Source: a virus (Duplodnaviria; Caudoviricetes). Taken from it: 38,993 bases of DNA. The DNA lies in IMG/VR virus record IMGVR_UViG_3300032212_000066, positions 1-38,993 of that record; one strand, 5' to 3'. The notes beneath the pieces were generated by a model. That model ran no database searches, was not told the DNA's origin, and saw only the letters and a program-made list of their open reading frames with translations. Shown here piece after piece: positions 16,284-24,881 of the stretch. The position numbers and the translations under genes were made by a program. Every line of letters starts with the position of its first letter. The stretch's first letter is position 1.

Positions 16284-16572
16284 AACCGCCATATCCAGAT
16301 TGGTGGCGGCGGCCGATCGGGCCACGCTGTCAGATCGGCCGACGCCGGCACACATCGCTGATCTCGATCTGCGAATGACCCAGGCGCTTGCTTGGCTGAC
16401 GGGCTGGGCCGCTGCGCCCCGCAGTCAGCCGGTCGGCTTCCTGTTCATGTCGCTGGTCACCGCCGCTGAGATCTACCTGGAAGATCGGACCGCGGCCAAC
16501 GCCAAGGCGCTCGGCTATATCTGCCGGGCTGCCCACAGGGTTGATGCGATGATGCAAGGGGGTGAGCTGTGA
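16273..16572 (+). CDS. Hypothetical protein
   Basis: Coupled ORF in the early-right operon, RBS GAGGGTGG. Confidence 0.6.
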   Translation: MSAETAISRLVAAADRATLSDRPTPAHIADLDLRMTQALAWLTGWAAAPRSQPVGFLFMSLVTAAEIYLEDRTAANAKALGYICRAAHRVDAMMQGGEL

Positions 16573-16820
16573 GCGCGTCCTTGCTGCCAGTCCCGCAAAT
16601 GCCCGAGGGGGTTCACCGTCATCCGGTCGCGCTGGCTCTGGGTGAGTATTGCGTCGAGCTTCCGCGCAATGTCGCCGAGGGCATCCGCGATCTCCGTTTT
16701 CCTGCGCCTGGCCAGGTTGAAGGCCTGCGCGTGCGCGATGGTGAGTGGATCGATCTGCTCGCTTTCAATGCGCGGATCCAGCCGGCGGCAGATCTGCCGG
16801 ATCTCGAGGAGGTACGCTGA
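16569..16820 (+). CDS. Hypothetical protein
   Basis: GTGA/TGATG coupling on both sides. Confidence 0.55.
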   Translation: MSASLLPVPQMPEGVHRHPVALALGEYCVELPRNVAEGIRDLRFPAPGQVEGLRVRDGEWIDLLAFNARIQPAADLPDLEEVR

Positions 16821-17227
16821 TGGCGGGCGGTCGCTTGGGAACGGTATCGATCGAGCAGGTTTTATCGGCGGGAACGGAGCGGGCGATTTGTCAGCTGCGC
16901 CGATTACAAACTGCGGTGGCGGCGCTCGTTGCGGCCGAGACGGCCCGCCATTACGGCACGCCGGCGTGTGAGGTGTTTGGATTTGGGACCGGGCCGACCC
17001 GGACCCCGAGGGCGGAGAGCCGGCGCGCCAGGGATGCGGCGATCTATGTCCTGCATATTACGCTGGGTTATCCCAAAGCCCAGGCGGCACAGATTTTCAG
17101 CCAGACGTACAAGGATGCCGGGGCAAAGGCTGTGCGGCGGGTCGAGGATGCGCGCGATGAGGATCCGGCGCTCGACCGCTTCCTCGATCGCCTAGACGGG
17201 TTCTTGCGCACCGAGGACCTGCCGTGA
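16820..17227 (+). CDS. DnaA domain IV-like HTH protein
   Basis: RARDAAIYVLH..LG......IF.......AVRRVED.R.ED.ALD..L pattern; RBS GGAGG. Confidence 0.65.
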   Translation: MAGGRLGTVSIEQVLSAGTERAICQLRRLQTAVAALVAAETARHYGTPACEVFGFGTGPTRTPRAESRRARDAAIYVLHITLGYPKAQAAQIFSQTYKDAGAKAVRRVEDARDEDPALDRFLDRLDGFLRTEDLP

Positions 17228-18324
17228 GCAATCCCGGCCCCACTGTTGCCGAGATCAAGGCTGCCGCTTTGTCGCAAGTGCGCGCGATCGCTGATCGCCT
17301 TGCGCCGGACATGGCGACGATCGACGGCCACCGGCGTTGGAGTTTGAACCCGACCCGGCCGGACACGCAGCCCAATTCCTTTTGTGTCGACATTGCCGGA
17401 CCGGCGCCGGGTCGCTTCATGGAGTTTTCCGGTGGCACGGGCGGTGATGTGATCGATTTCGTGTCCTACTGCCTGGGCGGGGAGGGTGGCTATCAATCGC
17501 CCGATCGACGCGGCCAGGCAATTCGCTGGCTCAAGTCCTTCCTGGGGTTTGAGGCGATGGGCGAGGGCGACCGGCAACGGTTCGCAGATCTCGCGCGGCG
17601 TCGAGACGAGCAGCGCGCGAAAACCGAACACCAGGCCAAGGCCAAGCGCGAAAGCAATGCTCGTTTCGCCAAGGAGCTGTGGATTAAGGCGCGACCTTGG
17701 GAGGGGTCCCTGGTTGAGACCTATCTGGTCGAGGCGCGGGGTTTGCCCGTGCGCGATATCGGTTCGCCCCTTCATGCGATCCGGTTCGAGCCAGAGGCGC
17801 TGGACGGGCAGACAGGCGAGATCCTGCCGGCGATGCTCACCGCCTTTACCAATGCGCGCGGCCAGATCCGCGGCGTTCACACGACTTTCCTCGAGGCGGA
17901 TGGTTCGGGAAAGGCCAAGATCGAGCGTGCCAAGCGCTTCCTGGGTGATGTGCGCGGATCCGCAATGCGTCTGCATCGCGGATCCAGCGGCAAGCCGGAG
18001 CGCGATCGGCCTTTGCGCTCGGACGTGCTTGCCATAGCCGAGGGGATCGAGAACGCCCTCTCCTGGTCGTGCCTCTATCCGGATCACCGAACCTTCGCCG
18101 CCGGCGCTGTCGACATGATCCCGTCTGTCCCGATCCCCGAGTGTGCCGATCGCCTGATCATCTTGCGTGACAATGACGCTCCGGACAGTCCGGCGGACAA
18201 GGCTCTCGGCCGGGCATCGATGCGTCTTTGTGAGCGTGCCGGCGGGGTGGGTGTCAGCACGCAGGCACCGCCGCCGGCGTTCAAGGACTTTAACGATTAC
18301 TGGAGGGCGTGCACCGTTGCCTGA
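17224..18324 (+). CDS. DNA primase (Toprim)
   Basis: GDVIDFV, ETYL..RG, GVHTTFL, IAEGIENALS and DND Toprim motifs. Confidence 0.85.
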   Translation: MSNPGPTVAEIKAAALSQVRAIADRLAPDMATIDGHRRWSLNPTRPDTQPNSFCVDIAGPAPGRFMEFSGGTGGDVIDFVSYCLGGEGGYQSPDRRGQAIRWLKSFLGFEAMGEGDRQRFADLARRRDEQRAKTEHQAKAKRESNARFAKELWIKARPWEGSLVETYLVEARGLPVRDIGSPLHAIRFEPEALDGQTGEILPAMLTAFTNARGQIRGVHTTFLEADGSGKAKIERAKRFLGDVRGSAMRLHRGSSGKPERDRPLRSDVLAIAEGIENALSWSCLYPDHRTFAAGAVDMIPSVPIPECADRLIILRDNDAPDSPADKALGRASMRLCERAGGVGVSTQAPPPAFKDFNDYWRACTVA

Positions 18325-20248
18325 CAATGTTAGCCAGCTTTCAGAGCGCGCCGATCGCGCGCGCCGCGGCCTGCCAATGGCCGAGCTCGAGGGTGGGGAT
18401 CTGGAGCGCTCGCTTCGAGCCTTGTCGTCCTGGGATCCAATTTTCAATGATGTTCCGGCCGGTGAGTGGCGGATCTCGGCCGAGCGCGAGGACGGCTTGC
18501 CGGAGGGGGCTCCGATTGAGCCGCTGGGCTGGGATGCTGACGGGTTCTGGTGGCTCTCCGGGCGCGGGCATTTGTTCGCGCTGGGCGAGAATGCGGGCAA
18601 GGGCAATATCGACGCTCTGTTCACGCCCTACGCCAATTTTCCGGTGTGGGCCTGGCCGCGGCGTCAGAAGGTTGGCGACAAGACGGTCGTGAAGGGAAAT
18701 TTTGAAGCCGAGGAGGCACGCAAGGATCTGTTCAAGGCCTGCGCGCACGCCGGTCCCTATGACCCGATGAAGAAGGTTCGTGGTCGCGGCGCCTGGCGTT
18801 CAGGCGAGGGCGGATTGATCTTGCACCTGGGCACTCACTTGATCGTAGATGGATCCTTGATGCGGGCCGGAATTGTGCATGACGAGCGGGCCTATCCGGT
18901 GGGGCCGCCTCTGCCGCCGCCGGCGCAAGATGCATTCGGCCCGGGCGACACTCTACCCGGGGCCGAGATCCTGAACCATTTGCTTTCCTGGAACTGGGCG
19001 CGTGGTGAGGTCGATGCCCGCCTCGAACTTGGCTGGATAGCCTGCGCCATGATTGGCGGGGCGCTGGACTGGCGGCCCTATGTGTTCGCGACGGGCGACG
19101 CCGGGGCCGGCAAGTCAACGCTGGTGAAATACGTCATGCACGTCCTGGGCGGCGAGGATGCCGTTTTGAAGCCCGAGGATGCAACCGAGGCCGGCGTCGC
19201 GCAGACCCTTGGCGTTGACAGTGTGCCGGTCCTGCTGGACGAGGCCGAGAACGAGGCCGACGACAAGCGCGCGGAAAAGCTGATCCGCCTGGCGCGGCGC
19301 GCGGCCAGTGGCAACCAGCGCCTGCGAGGTGGCGCGGACGGTCGCTCAACGCTGTCCGTGATCCGCTCCTGCTTCCATTTCGCGGCAATCAATGCGCCGA
19401 CGATGGGCGACCAGGATCTTTCCCGCATGGCGCTACTGGCGATGCGGCCAATCCCGCAGGGGCGCCGGCGTGTCATGCCCTGGGGCGACTGGCCGTCAGT
19501 TGTTGCGCTTGGGCGAGCCATGCATCGCCAGCTGGTCGACTGGTTCGCGCCGGACCGGGACGGTCTCGCCGGCTTCGATCGTGTCCTGTTGCTGTTTCGG
19601 GCGGGCTTGATCGAGGAGGCGGGCCACGACGAGCGCGGGGCGGACACGTTCGGTTATCTGCTCGCCGGCTATTGGTGCTCGATCGCTGTGCGGGATCCGG
19701 ATCCTGAGGACGTGCTCGAGCTGGTCAAGCCGCTCGACAAGGAGACCCTGGCCGAGTTGGAGAACATCAAGCCCGGGTGGAAAAAATGCCTGGACTTCCT
19801 CTTTGATGCCCGGCCGAAGGCGCTGGAGCGGGCGAGCTGGAAGTCAGTGCGGGCGATCCTGCTTGCCTTCCGGGACGGCACGGATATCGACGCGGACGGA
19901 TACGCGACAACCGAGCAGACCAGCCGGCCGACGCCCCGGAAAATCAATGACGAGCTCGCGAAAGTCGGTTTGCGCTTGAAGTGGAAGCGGGGCGAGGCGC
20001 GGACCTATGAGAATGCGCAGCTATTCGTTGCCAACTCGAACCCGTCTCTGGCGGAGGTTTTCGATCGGACGCGCTGGAGCGTGTCGGATCCCTCGGATCC
20101 CGGCAATTGGCAGTACGCGCTGAGAGGCGGGCCGGGTGAATTCATTTATGCGGCCAAGGCCAGCGGGCGGGAGCCTCGCGGGACGGTGATCAAGATCAGT
20201 GAGGTGATGGGGCCAGCCCGTCGCCGTGATGAGGAGGATGAGGAATGA
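18317..20248 (+). CDS. Replicative P-loop helicase/ATPase
   Basis: Walker A GDAGAGKS, Walker B VLLDEAE, DLSR arginine-finger-like; follows primase; TTG start after GGAGGG. Confidence 0.8.
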   Translation: MPDNVSQLSERADRARRGLPMAELEGGDLERSLRALSSWDPIFNDVPAGEWRISAEREDGLPEGAPIEPLGWDADGFWWLSGRGHLFALGENAGKGNIDALFTPYANFPVWAWPRRQKVGDKTVVKGNFEAEEARKDLFKACAHAGPYDPMKKVRGRGAWRSGEGGLILHLGTHLIVDGSLMRAGIVHDERAYPVGPPLPPPAQDAFGPGDTLPGAEILNHLLSWNWARGEVDARLELGWIACAMIGGALDWRPYVFATGDAGAGKSTLVKYVMHVLGGEDAVLKPEDATEAGVAQTLGVDSVPVLLDEAENEADDKRAEKLIRLARRAASGNQRLRGGADGRSTLSVIRSCFHFAAINAPTMGDQDLSRMALLAMRPIPQGRRRVMPWGDWPSVVALGRAMHRQLVDWFAPDRDGLAGFDRVLLLFRAGLIEEAGHDERGADTFGYLLAGYWCSIAVRDPDPEDVLELVKPLDKETLAELENIKPGWKKCLDFLFDARPKALERASWKSVRAILLAFRDGTDIDADGYATTEQTSRPTPRKINDELAKVGLRLKWKRGEARTYENAQLFVANSNPSLAEVFDRTRWSVSDPSDPGNWQYALRGGPGEFIYAAKASGREPRGTVIKISEVMGPARRRDEEDEE

Positions 20249-20622
20249 CGTGTTTTGTGACGCTCGAGACGGTGGAGCTCGACCCAACAGTCCGGACGCG
20301 GATCCAGCCGCGGGACGAAGTGCAGGAGGTTCTGGTGAACGCCACACAAATCGCCTGGATCGAGCCCTTGCAGGGCAATGACCAAACGCATGTGAGCGTC
20401 GGCATGGCCGACGCTCGGGTTTTCATCGTGGTTTGTGAGGGTGGCGCAACGGCCCTGCAGGCCTTGCTTGCAGATCCTGCGGTGGGGGAGAATGGTGAGC
20501 CCCAGGTGCCGCGTGGCCTGTTCTCATTCTTTCGGCGGCCTGTTCTGTCTGCCGGAGACAGCGCCAAGGAACCGGGCAGGAAACCGTCAGGAAAGCCCCG
20601 CCTCAAGGGCAAGAAGGGCTAA
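20245..20622 (+). CDS. Hypothetical protein
   Basis: ATGA coupling, RBS GAGG; VLVNATQIAWIEP beta motif. Confidence 0.65.
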   Translation: MTCFVTLETVELDPTVRTRIQPRDEVQEVLVNATQIAWIEPLQGNDQTHVSVGMADARVFIVVCEGGATALQALLADPAVGENGEPQVPRGLFSFFRRPVLSAGDSAKEPGRKPSGKPRLKGKKG

Positions 20623-20802
20623 CCTGATCGGTCCGGGGATCTCGACCTCTCCGAGCTCCCAGCGCCGCACTGTGCGGCCGGCATTCTTGCCTTTGAGGCC
20701 CAGCTCGGTCGCAAGCCCGGCCTGGGAAAGGCCGAGCCGCTGGCGTCGCTGTTTGAATTCTTCCGGTGTCATGCCGGGAGCGTTATTCAGCGGCGCGGTC
20801 AT
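20587..20802 (-). CDS. Small XRE HTH regulator (Aca-like), last gene of the leftward operon
   Basis: MTPEEFKQRRQRLGLSQAGLA.ELG...RTVRRWELG...IP. Confidence 0.8.
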   Translation of the reverse strand: MTAPLNNAPGMTPEEFKQRRQRLGLSQAGLATELGLKGKNAGRTVRRWELGEVEIPGPIRLALLALEAGLS

Positions 20803-20804
20803 GG

Positions 20805-21914
20805 TCAAGTCCCGATCGCCTCGAGGACACGGGCGGCCGCATCGCGGCCGGCCGTGTTCAAATGACGCTGCCAGGCGCCCTGACTGGGTGCCCACCGAAA
20901 ACCGTTGCGCTTGAGGATGGCGCGGGTCTCGGCCGCGGGCTTGCCGGGGAAGGCCAGCTGGATCCGCGCGGCCTCGGTGTTTTCGATCCGCTCAACCATT
21001 CCCTCCGTGGTCTCGAGCTCGGCCGGTTCGGCCGCCGGCGTGGCTGCCATGCGCTTGAGCTCGGCCAGGCGCGTCTCTGCCTGGTTCATCCGGGCGCGCA
21101 GGTTTGTGAGCTGGAAGGCCTCGTAAGGGGGGCAGGCGCGGTGTTGCGCCATATAGTGACCCTCGCAGCCCCGGCGGATCCCGTCGACCAGGGCGGGCGT
21201 TAGATCGAGCTCGAGCGCCATGCGCGCGAAGTCTTGCCACTTGTCAGCGTCGGCGATGCCAGGCCGGCCGGCTTTGCGCCAGGCGGCGTTAACAGCCTTC
21301 ATCCGGTCTCCCTCGGCCTTGAGCTCGGCGATCTTCTCCTCGAGCAGGTCGATCGCCTCGGGATTGTTCGAGCGGATCGCTTCGCCCGGCGCGCCGTGCG
21401 GGAAGGCGGCCCGCTTCATCCGCTTCATCACGCCCTGGGTCATTTCCTCAAGGCGGTCATCGCGCCGATCGGCGGCGTTGTTCAGTTTCTCCTGCCGGCG
21501 GACGGGGAAGTTAGACGGGCCGGTCACCATCGCGCTCGCCATGCCTTGATAGGCCCGCATGGCGGCCAGGCTCTCGGCCGCGTGTTTCTCGGCCCAGCTG
21601 TCGAAGACGGGCGCGATGCGCTCGCGGATCACGCTTTCGAGGCCGGTGCAGGCCTGGGCAATGAGTGCGTGCGCGGCCTTCTTCGCCCGATCGTGCCGGG
21701 CCTTCATGCTCTCGAGCTTCATCAGGCTCCAGCGCTCCTGGCGGAATGAGACATTGACGAAGTATTGCGCATAGTCGCCGGCCTTAAAGGTTTTCGCCGG
21801 TGCGTTGAAGTGCTCGAGCGTGACTGTGCGCGCGGCCGTCTCGCTGGGATTGTAGGGCTTGGACGGGCCGAGGATGCTGGCGAGGGTGGCGGGGGCGGTG
21901 GTTTGGTTGGTCAT
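20805..21914 (-). CDS. DUF3560-like protein
   Basis: GPSNFP, I.S.NPEAI..L.EKI, and C-terminal RIQL.FPGKP...R..LK.NGFRW.PS..AWQR motifs; RBS GAGGAG. Confidence 0.7.
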   Translation of the reverse strand: MTNQTTAPATLASILGPSKPYNPSETAARTVTLEHFNAPAKTFKAGDYAQYFVNVSFRQERWSLMKLESMKARHDRAKKAAHALIAQACTGLESVIRERIAPVFDSWAEKHAAESLAAMRAYQGMASAMVTGPSNFPVRRQEKLNNAADRRDDRLEEMTQGVMKRMKRAAFPHGAPGEAIRSNNPEAIDLLEEKIAELKAEGDRMKAVNAAWRKAGRPGIADADKWQDFARMALELDLTPALVDGIRRGCEGHYMAQHRACPPYEAFQLTNLRARMNQAETRLAELKRMAATPAAEPAELETTEGMVERIENTEAARIQLAFPGKPAAETRAILKRNGFRWAPSQGAWQRHLNTAGRDAAARVLEAIGT

Positions 21915-22015
21915 GCAGGTTTCTCCTCTGCGGTGGCGGGCTTGTCGCCCAGGGTGGCCGATGCGGCCGGGGAGCGGGCCGACGCTGGGCGCCGGCCCGA
22001 ACCCGGGCGGCACCG

Positions 22016-22366
22016 CTAGTCGGCGCTGTCGAAGTATTGCGGTTGACCGTTCCAGGCGCGCGCCAGGACCGAGACGGGACCCGGTGTCCGAACAGCGTCA
22101 GGGCTTTTCCGGCTGATGCGGGCCTCCAGCAATCCGGCCGGGCTCGGGTCCATGTAGTCGCCGGCTCGGGGAGTAACGCGGCCGTTCCATCCGGGGTCGC
22201 CGCTGATCTGCTGGCGCTTGAGTTCGCGCAGTTGGAAAATGGTGGATCCGCGCCGGCCGACAATCTCGAAGAATTGGACAATGATCATCGAGTATCCCCA
22301 GTTTGCGACCAGAACGTCGCCGACTTTGCAATCCTTGAGGGCGGGGGTTTTGGTGGTGGTGGTCAT
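22016..22366 (-). CDS. Conserved small mobile-element protein
   Basis: KVGDVLV..WGY....V.FFEIV motif; RBS GGAGG. Confidence 0.7.
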   Translation of the reverse strand: MTTTTKTPALKDCKVGDVLVANWGYSMIIVQFFEIVGRRGSTIFQLRELKRQQISGDPGWNGRVTPRAGDYMDPSPAGLLEARISRKSPDAVRTPGPVSVLARAWNGQPQYFDSAD

Positions 22367-22377
22367 TGGCGTTCCTC

Positions 22378-23223
22378 CTAGAACAACAGTTCGAGCTGTT
22401 GCGCGCTCGGGCGCTGGCGCTTCTCGGCGCCGGGGATGATGTATTGAAGGCCGGCCGGCGTGGCCTCGAGGCTGGGCGTGGGCGTCTCGGGCTGGGCGAG
22501 TTCTTTGATCGGCCGGCGGGTCATGCTCATCGTGTGCCCGACCTTTTCCTCGAGCTCTGCGTATTGCTCGAGGAGGGCCGGCTTGAGTTTTGCGGCTGTC
22601 TGGAGATCTGCCCGGCTGGACATGATGCAGAAGCAGCAGCTGAGGCGGCTCATGCCGGCGGCGTAAGCCTGGTGGGGTTGTTGGCCGGCGCTCTCGATCG
22701 CTGTAAAAACCGCGGCCTCGCTCCATTCAAAGATCGGATACCATTCCCACCATTCCCGGCCGGCCTTACTGTTGCGAAGGTCAAACTTGAGAGGGTTTTT
22801 CCGGGCTCGGCTTGAGCTTTCCTCCGCGCGGATCCCCATGCAGTTGACGATCCGGCCGGCGTGCTCCGGGTGGGCTTTTAGGTAGTTCCGGATCTCGCGG
22901 GCAATCGGGTCGCGCTTTAGGTCGCTTGTACATTGGCGTTGGCTGGGGCTGGGGAACATGCCGCGCCGCTCGACCATTTCAAAGAAGGTCTTGGCGGCCC
23001 GCGCCAGGATCAGGGGCTCTCCTGATGTGGTGGCCTCGATGTGTTCGACCAGGCCGGGCCAGTCGACCCCGGGCAGCTCAGCGTGAATGATCAGCAGTTG
23101 ATGGGTCGGCACGAGGTCCTTGAGGACCAGGTACATGGCTTGACTGTCTTTGCCGGCGGAGTGGTTACAGACAAAGAGCGCGCCTTGCTCAATGAGCTCC
23201 TGGATCTTGGGGGGTGTTTTCAT
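22378..23223 (-). CDS. PAPS-reductase-family (PP-loop, DndC-like) protein
   Basis: SAGKDS, CT..LK..PI, GIRAEES..RA and RLSCCFC motifs; RBS GGGAG. Confidence 0.88.
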   Translation of the reverse strand: MKTPPKIQELIEQGALFVCNHSAGKDSQAMYLVLKDLVPTHQLLIIHAELPGVDWPGLVEHIEATTSGEPLILARAAKTFFEMVERRGMFPSPSQRQCTSDLKRDPIAREIRNYLKAHPEHAGRIVNCMGIRAEESSSRARKNPLKFDLRNSKAGREWWEWYPIFEWSEAAVFTAIESAGQQPHQAYAAGMSRLSCCFCIMSSRADLQTAAKLKPALLEQYAELEEKVGHTMSMTRRPIKELAQPETPTPSLEATPAGLQYIIPGAEKRQRPSAQQLELLF

Positions 23224-23271
23224 CGCCGTGTCTCCCTGGCGTGGGCGGGCAAAAGCCCCTGAGAAGCCGTC

Positions 23272-23299
23272 ACTATATAGGGCATTATGCCCTAGTCAA
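23272..23299 (-). promoter_or_regulatory. Strong sigma70-like promoter with operator palindrome in the spacer
   Basis: Minus strand TTGACT-16 nt-TATAGT; TAGGGCAT-T-ATGCCCTA inverted repeat at 23278-23294. Confidence 0.8.
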
Positions 23300-23599
23300 C
23301 CCCATATCAGAAAAAAAATCATAAGGGCGTGAGCGGCGGGCCGTGCCCCGACCGGCGGAGCCGGGCGGAACAAGGGCAAGGCACGTCCTTTTGCGATCGG
23401 CCGTCAGGCCGGTCGCCTGGCGCGCCGCGCGCGCCCTGACCCAGGAGTGCGGCGCGCGAGCGCTGCGCCGTCTTCTTCTTCCTGGATCCCGGACCCGGGT
23501 GAGGGGAAGTGCCGCTCTCGATCGATTTTGACTTGACAGCCACCGCCCGGACCCGGACCCTCGACGACGAGATCAGACACGCGCCAGAACGCGTTGCGG

Positions 23600-23850
23600 G
23601 GCGCTTGGGGCACCTCGGGTCCGGGGGAGTGCCCCACCTGTAACGGTCTCAAATCAAACGACATTATCCGCCTTGGGGCGGTTGGGGCGCTTGGGGCGGC
23701 AATATCCTCATATGTGCTCCCTCGTGCGCGCGCGCGCAAAAAGTATGCGCCCCATCTGCCCCACCTGCCCCTAGTAGAAATATATATATATCTATCAATA
23801 GGATAGCTTGGGGCTTTCGGTAGGGGAAAATTGGGGCGGTGTGCCCCAAT
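23600..23850. other. Putative replication origin (iterons plus AT-rich core)
   Basis: TTGGGGCG x3 at 9-bp period (23673, 23682, 23691), inverted GCCCCW x3 at 9-bp period (23749, 23758, 23767), more copies at 23605, 23808, 23831, 23843; (AT)n tract ~23778-23800. Confidence 0.6.
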
Positions 23851-23862
23851 GCCGTTGAATTG

Positions 23863-23890
23863 GCGGCTCCGGCCCCGCTCCGGTCAGTCT
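23863..23890 (+). promoter_or_regulatory. Putative late promoter before terS
   Basis: GCGGCTCCGGCCCCGCT, 5 nt, CAGTCT. Confidence 0.65.
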
Positions 23891-23961
23891 CTGCGTCCGC
23901 GTCCCGGTCTGGTTTGTCCTGGTCGGGTCGAGCGGTGATTAAAAACGGGTCGGATACAACC

Positions 23962-24651
23962 ATGCCGAAAAAATCGGGCCTCGAGGGTGCATTCCAGGAT
24001 GACGGTGTGACGCCGGGCGAGAGCCTGGTCGATCGTGAGCCGGACCAGCCTGGTCTCCTCGATGAGGATCTCGAGGCCGAGCGGGATGACGCGCGGGCCA
24101 TGTTCGGGTTCGAGCTCGACCGGTCCAAGGGTGGGCGGCGGCCCGGGTCGCGCAACCGGTCGACCAAGGAGGTCAAGCGGGTACTCCAGGCGCTCGGCTC
24201 GGATCCTGTCATGGCCGCCGGCCGTGTGGTGCGAGGCGGGCCGGGTTTCGTCCTGGGCGCCGGCCTGGCCGAGCTCGAGGAATTCCAGAAGCTGCGGCGC
24301 GACGATGACGGGCGGGTGATTGAGCCGGTCTATGACGCCGAGGGCCAGATCACGGGCTGGACGGTGGCGGCGCCGCCGATCTCGGTAGAAAAGGCCTGGG
24401 GGATCTGGCTGCGCTGCGTCGAGTTCCTGGGCCCCTACGTGCACTCGAAACAGCCGATCGACCTGAACGTCGACCAGCCCGGCCTGGCGATACAGATCAA
24501 CCTGGGCTCGCCTGATGCGGCCGCTTCGCTCGAGGCGGCGACGGCGGGTCGCCGGCGCTGGACGCTCGACCCTGAAAAATCAAGCACTTGCGAGGATGAG
24601 AGCGGCGAAGTCTCACGGGCCGAAAGTCTCACGGATGGCGCAAGTGATTGA
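23962..24651 (+). CDS. Putative terminase small subunit
   Basis: GGRRPGSRNRST and PYVHSKQP motifs; directly upstream of terL. Confidence 0.65.
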   Translation: MPKKSGLEGAFQDDGVTPGESLVDREPDQPGLLDEDLEAERDDARAMFGFELDRSKGGRRPGSRNRSTKEVKRVLQALGSDPVMAAGRVVRGGPGFVLGAGLAELEEFQKLRRDDDGRVIEPVYDAEGQITGWTVAAPPISVEKAWGIWLRCVEFLGPYVHSKQPIDLNVDQPGLAIQINLGSPDAAASLEAATAGRRRWTLDPEKSSTCEDESGEVSRAESLTDGASD

Positions 24652-24880
24652 CCTTGCACGCCTTTCCCGCTCTGCAGCCGGTGATTGGAAGTCACGAGGC
24701 CGCGCGCCTGCGCTTGCGCGCGCGCACCCCCCCGGCCGCGCGCATGGGCACCCCCGCGCGCGCACCCCCGGGTGTCCCGTTGCGGGGGGCTCGCGGAGCC
24801 TTTTTCATCTTTTGCAAGATCTGATCAGATCAGAATGGGGCGCAAAGTTTCCGCGCGTTTCCGGGGTCCGGGGTTTGGGC
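24578..24880. other. Candidate packaging (pac/terminus) region
   Basis: IHF-consensus AATCAAGCACTTG (24578-24590), AAGTCTCACGG x2 (24608, 24624), GCGCGCACCCCC tracts, palindrome GATCTGATCAGATC (24818-24831), at the terS-terL junction. Confidence 0.4.
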
Positions 24881-24881
24881 G

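Noticed and set aside
23319-23806. ORFs in the promoter/origin interval
   Set aside because: Low-complexity translations of repeats with no convincing RBS or protein-like composition
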